This document shows positions 25,791 through 29,769 of a DNA stretch of 29,769 bases, in pieces. The notes under the pieces are model-generated. The model saw only the letters and a list, made by a program, of their open reading frames with translations, searched no databases and had not been told where the DNA came from. Source of the DNA: a plasmid; the sequence record NZ_CP021967.1. One strand, given 5' to 3'. Position 1 is the first letter of the stretch. Every line of letters starts with the position of its first letter. A program made the translations under genes and the position numbers.

Positions 25791-26381
25791 CTAATCCGAT
25801 AAAATCTTACTAATTATCTCTTTTAATTCTGGCACAACCTCTTGTTCAAACCACGGATTTTTTTTAATCCATATATTATTTCTTGGTGAAGGATGAACTA
25901 TCGGAAAATAAAGAGGCAAGTAATTTTTGTAGTTCTTTATTACATCGGTTATCTTGCTTTGATAACCAAGATTCAGATAATATTTCTGAGCATATGATCC
26001 CACCAATATAATTAACTGAACATCGGGCATAAGCTCCAATAATTTTGGGTGCCATTTGTTAGCTACTCCTCGTCTGGGCGGTAAGTCACCCCATTTTCCT
26101 TTTCCTGGATAGTAAAAGTCCATGGGAATTACGCCAATTTTTCCTGAATCATAAAAGGTATCTTTACCAACCCCGATCCACTCTCTTAATCGATCTCCCG
26201 ATGCATCATCCCACATTATACCCGAGTTTTGAACTCGTAATCCCGGTGCTTGACCAATAATGACTAATTTTGCTTTTTCCGATACGTGAAATATTGGCCT
26301 TAATCCTTTTTTAGTAAACTCCATATTCATTTGATCTGCTGCTATATCATCAATAATACTCATATTCCCCCTCCTAACCAA
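25791..26381 (-). CDS. Uracil-DNA glycosylase superfamily protein (family 4/5-like).
   Basis: GQAPG motif (GEAPG-like) followed by ...VIPMDFYYPGKG... and an ...ILVGSYAQ C-terminal motif. 196 aa. Confidence 0.6.
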   Translation of the reverse strand: MVRRGNMSIIDDIAADQMNMEFTKKGLRPIFHVSEKAKLVIIGQAPGLRVQNSGIMWDDASGDRLREWIGVGKDTFYDSGKIGVIPMDFYYPGKGKWGDLPPRRGVANKWHPKLLELMPDVQLIILVGSYAQKYYLNLGYQSKITDVIKNYKNYLPLYFPIVHPSPRNNIWIKKNPWFEQEVVPELKEIISKILSD

Positions 26382-26461
26382 TGTATAATAATTATTATAA
26401 GCTACTTTATCAAACTTATATTGATTTATTAGTTCACAACTAAACTATAAAAGTCTACCAA

Positions 26462-26753
26462 GAGTCGTGCAACTTCTTTCTGCATCGCATTAAATTCGGC
26501 ACGAGTCACTGGCTTACCACTCACGTCAGTCATAACGGTCTGAGCCTTTTTGACCCAACCCGTGACGGTTTTACAGCCAAATGACATTCATTGGCTAGGG
26601 AATTAGCAGAATGGCCCTCATTGTGCAAGGCAACAATTGGTGATTTAAATTCAGTTGAGTATCGCTTAGCTTTCATAATAAAAAACTCCTATACTTGATT
26701 ATCTCGGATTATGCCCTAGAAATAAAGCAGTCCGGATTTTCAGTATACGAGCA
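26462..26753 (-). pseudogene. Remnant of IS type B (left end + degenerate orfA, ~290 bp).
   Basis: Aligns with 5180..5472 with substitutions and an indel. Ends at ...AGTATACGAGCA. Confidence 0.75.
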
Positions 26754-26849
26754 CTTCTTACTTCACGAGAATAAGCAAACGTATCCGTCTCTAATGCAGA
26801 AAACGATTATACCGAAAAAGATCGAATCCTTGAAAAAGAGGCTAATAAT

Positions 26850-27053
26850 ATGGCTAGCATATTATTAGCAAATAAAAAATCCACTCAATTATTACTAGAT
26901 GATAGAAAACCTTTTAATTATTTGCGCAACTCTTTCGGAATTAGTAATCAAGCTATGTGCATCCGCTTATTTAACCTATTCTATTTTCAAACAGCTAAAC
27001 AGGTCTTTGAAGAAGAAAAACAAGTTAAGAATATTTTTATCTTCTCACAATAA
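26850..27053 (+). CDS. Possible small HTH protein, 67 aa (NSFGISNQAMCIRL helix-turn-helix-like). Weak call.
   Basis: RBS AAGAGG 8 nt upstream of ATG. Could equally be a fragment. Confidence 0.25.
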   Translation: MASILLANKKSTQLLLDDRKPFNYLRNSFGISNQAMCIRLFNLFYFQTAKQVFEEEKQVKNIFIFSQ

Positions 27054-27099
27054 ACAATTGCCAACTATATTTATAAAAATTATCAATTAAATATCAAAT

Positions 27100-27900
27100 A
27101 AAATCTGCCACCAAACACGGAAACCGCGCGACAGCCAACCGCCACCACAACAGTTAAGATCGCCCGTGGTTATTATTATGATTGTGACTTTTTTTATTGT
27201 CTTTAAATCTAAATCAATAGAGAAAACTAAAAGAAGTTGTTGACACAGGAAGTTACAAATGCTTGATTAAGAGTGAGGGAAGTTTTGAGCTGAAGATAGT
27301 TTTCCCCTTGTTTTGGGAAGAAGAAAACTTTACTGTTAACAAACACTTGACCGATCGTTCAGTCGTCCGTCACCTTATCCATACAAGCCTTGGTTTTACC
27401 CGCCTGCTTTAATTAACTACTTTATTCATTAAACCAATAAAAAAACGCCCTTATTGGCGCTGTATCACTATATTTATTATCTTTTTCGCGTTATACAGCT
27501 TAAATACAAGCCCTGTGTCCGTAGACACCGTTTTACCTGCCGAGCCGTTTGTGGCCGCTCTCACCCTACTACACGCCCAGTATGGATTGTTTGTGTAGCA
27601 CCCACATATTTTTGTACAGTAGTGTCTGGGAAAATGGCACTTGTCTATTTTTTCGTATACCATATACAGCGATTTGGATCTTCCGAGTCACACTAGGTAA
27701 CTACCCCCTACACGTCATATATGCCATACCCCTTAAAGTGTTTGGCTTCACTCTTTTTGAAATCACCCACATTTACAACACAAAGGTTATGTTATATAAT
27801 ATAGATACACATTCTCGTACATATAAGAATCATGTAGCTATCAAGGATTGCCGTCCTTGGTGGCTTTTCTTTTTGTAATAAATTAATTATCTCAATTTAT
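27100..27900. other. Structured non-coding region with higher GC than its flanks. Hairpins include CAAGGATTGCCGTCCTTGG+T-run at ~27842..27875, and there is a DnaA-box-like TTATCCATA at ~27378. Candidate origin or ncRNA.
   Basis: No ORF with an RBS. Short ORFs overlap each other on both strands. Lies beside the iteron array and the partition genes. Confidence 0.3.
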
Positions 27901-27939
27901 GTTTATGCACATAATATAACGTAATAGCTACCGCTATGT

Positions 27940-28160
27940 CAATAATTTTATAAAGTTATTGTGATATGTATATATTTATAAAGTTATATTATTATAAATT
28001 TATACTTTTATATTTTGCTACTTTTATATTTTTATGATAGTATAAATTTATAAATTAAAAAAAGTGTTTACGTATCAGTTATTAGCATGTATTGAGTATA
28101 AAAATATATTTTTATAAAAATATACTTTTATACTTTTATACTTTTATAAATACATAATTT
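27940..28160. repeat. AT-rich iteron array upstream of parA: TTTATAAAGTTAT x2 and TACTTTTATA x5 or more. Candidate centromere (parC/parS-like) and/or origin iterons.
   Basis: Direct repeats read off the sequence at 27946, 27975, 28003, 28018, 28122, 28132 and 28142. Confidence 0.55.
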
Positions 28161-28184
28161 TATAATTTTATAAAGGAGTTAAGA

Positions 28185-28997
28185 ATGACTAAAGTTATCA
28201 CAACTGGAAACTTCAAAGGTGGGGTGGGGAAGACAACAAACTCCGTAATGCTGTCTTATACATTGTCTAAAATGGACAAGAAAGTATTACTAATTGACTT
28301 AGATCCCCAAGCTAATGCAACAGATTTATTGCTAACAACAATGACTAATATTTATAAAAAGAAACCTGACTTTAAAGAAACACTGTTTGAAGCCATCAAA
28401 AATAATAATCCACAGGAAGCGTTAATAAATGTAAAAGATAATCTAGATTTGTTACCATCTTACTCAGACTTACAAAACTATGAACGTTACCTTTATGATA
28501 ATTTTTCTGATGATTACTCACAAGATCATCACTTAACAAATTTCATTAATGAATTCAAAAATGAATATGACTTTGTATTTTTAGATATTCCACCACAACT
28601 GAACAAATTTACAGACAATGCACTGGTAGCCAGTGATTTTGTAATCGTTATACTACAAACACAAGAACGGGCTCTAAAAGGTGCTGAAAAATATATAGAG
28701 CACTTATTAGAGTTACAAGATGACTATGGTCTGAATATAGATCTTTTAGGAATACTTCCCGTACTACAACAAAATGGATCAGAACTTGATTTAGATGTCT
28801 TGCAAGATGCCACAGAAAGCTTTGGTGATAACAATATCTTCAAAACTCATATTAAACAGATGAACAGACTAAAGAGATTTGATAGAACTGGTATTACCGA
28901 TAATACTAAGGATATCCACGACAAACGTATACATGCAATATATGGCGATCTCATCAAAGAAACGCTCGAGCGCATAAATATATTTGATCAAAAATAA
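28185..28997 (+). CDS. parA: ParA/Soj-family partition ATPase (deviant Walker A).
   Basis: KGGVGKTT at residues 11-18. 270 aa. Followed by a small partner gene. Confidence 0.9.
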   Translation: MTKVITTGNFKGGVGKTTNSVMLSYTLSKMDKKVLLIDLDPQANATDLLLTTMTNIYKKKPDFKETLFEAIKNNNPQEALINVKDNLDLLPSYSDLQNYERYLYDNFSDDYSQDHHLTNFINEFKNEYDFVFLDIPPQLNKFTDNALVASDFVIVILQTQERALKGAEKYIEHLLELQDDYGLNIDLLGILPVLQQNGSELDLDVLQDATESFGDNNIFKTHIKQMNRLKRFDRTGITDNTKDIHDKRIHAIYGDLIKETLERINIFDQK

Positions 28998-29009
28998 GGA
29001 GCATTTATC

Positions 29010-29339
29010 ATGACTGACAATATTGGACTAAGCTCATTCCGAAAAAAGAAAACAGAGCGCCCAGAAAATATTACACCAGAACTATCAGAAGATATTAACC
29101 GCACAATGCCAGAAGACTTGCTAAAGCTTCCACAAAGTAGGCTTACAAGTAAAGACTTACCAAAATCGATTAGGCTCCCATTAAACACACACACAGCCAT
29201 TAGCACAATTGCCACTTTGCAAAGTAAAAAAATTTACGAGGTAATTAATGATATTGTGGAAGAATATATTAGTAACTTACCTGCGAGTGAAAAGAAGATT
29301 ATTCGTTCAAGTATTGAAACCGTAAACAATAATCATTAA
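29010..29339 (+). CDS. Small ParB/ParG-like partition partner (centromere-binding protein), 109 aa.
   Basis: Position immediately after parA. Basic N-terminus (SFRKKKTERP). C-terminal region predicted RHH/HTH-like. Confidence 0.45.
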   Translation: MTDNIGLSSFRKKKTERPENITPELSEDINRTMPEDLLKLPQSRLTSKDLPKSIRLPLNTHTAISTIATLQSKKIYEVINDIVEEYISNLPASEKKIIRSSIETVNNNH

Positions 29340-29413
29340 TTAAACTGGTTTATATTTTTAACAAAAGAAAACTAACTTTGTAATGTTTCTAAAAGGAGCA
29401 GAAAACAAAAAGT

Positions 29414-29769
29414 TGCTCTTATACTAAAAAAATGGACTATTTTTATTCAGTCCGTAAAATGAAAGTATAGGAGTATTTTTATGTCAATTCGTTATTCACA
29501 AGATTTCAAAGATTCATTGGTTAAACTTCACCAAGAAGGCCGTTCACTTAAATCATTAGCAGAAGAATTTGGTCCGTCGAAAGATTCTATTGCTATTTGG
29601 CTTAAACAAGCTACCCCAATCATGATCAAGGGTCAGTCAAAGACTTTAAAAGACGTCAAGCAACTAGAGAAGCGCCTCGCTATTTTGGAGGAAGAAAACG
29701 AAATTTTATCACACATAGCCTGACAGGCATTGAGCGGCCATCTTACTAGCCAAAAAATAGTCCGTAATG
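29414..29769 (+). mobile_element. IS3-family element type A, 5' part (356 bp) of the copy that wraps to 1..843.
   Basis: The left terminus TGCTCTTATACTAAAAAAATGGACTATTTTTATTCAGTCC begins at 29414. The sequence is identical to the other copies up to the window edge. Confidence 0.85.
29481..29723 (+). CDS. IS type-A orfA.
   Basis: Identical to 15495..15737 and 17433..17675. Confidence 0.85.
   Translation: MSIRYSQDFKDSLVKLHQEGRSLKSLAEEFGPSKDSIAIWLKQATPIMIKGQSKTLKDVKQLEKRLAILEEENEILSHIA

Noticed and set aside
27451-27878. Three overlapping ORFs on both strands (70, 80 and 109 aa) in the GC-elevated region before the iterons.
   Set aside because: They are mutually overlapping, Cys/Arg/Trp-rich and lack RBS. 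The region is better explained as structured non-coding DNA (ori or ncRNA).
27940-28160. Possible CRISPR array, because of the closely spaced short repeats.
   Set aside because: The repeats are only 10-13 bp, AT-only and have no unique spacers of regular length. They sit directly upstream of parA as expected for centromere/ori iterons.

Overview
The window behaves as a closed circle. Its last 356 bp (29414..29769) and first 843 bp (1..843) are the two halves of one 1199-bp IS3-family element that is base-identical to two internal copies. The simplest reading is a complete ~29.8-kb plasmid from a low-GC Gram-positive host (Lactobacillaceae-like, judged from gene content and IS families), linearised inside an IS.

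Content in order:
1. An AT-rich island (1650..3899) with three uncharacterised genes. These include a membrane-anchored 223-aa protein and a 368-aa protein with DUF3800-like N- and C-terminal motifs. This is my best candidate for an undescribed defence or abortive-infection module.
2. An IS3-family element of a second type, flanked on the far side of arsC by a ~115-bp direct repeat.
3. A thiol-redox/arsenate island: arsC, ArsR::rhodanese fusion, three thioredoxins, trxB, a DsbA/FrnE-like protein, a 42-aa CxxxxC miniprotein and a glutathione-reductase-like flavoenzyme.
4. An IS30-family element that truncates a small gene.
5. A perfect 1938-bp tandem duplication of [ssoA-like hairpin region + MobV-type oriT + frameshifted, IS-truncated mob relaxase remnant + IS].
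6. An ion cluster: a short cation:proton antiporter, a ClC with a TrkA-C tail, and a crcB/Fluc pair.
7. A serine recombinase with a candidate res site.
8. An IS graveyard (nested and degenerate copies) around 5-formyl-THF cyclo-ligase and a UDG-family gene.
9. A ParA / small ParB-like partition cassette with upstream iterons.

Three small convergent [hydrophobic peptide + sRNA + shared bidirectional terminator] modules look like par/Fst-type type I toxin-antitoxin loci. No replication initiator gene is recognisable anywhere on the circle.
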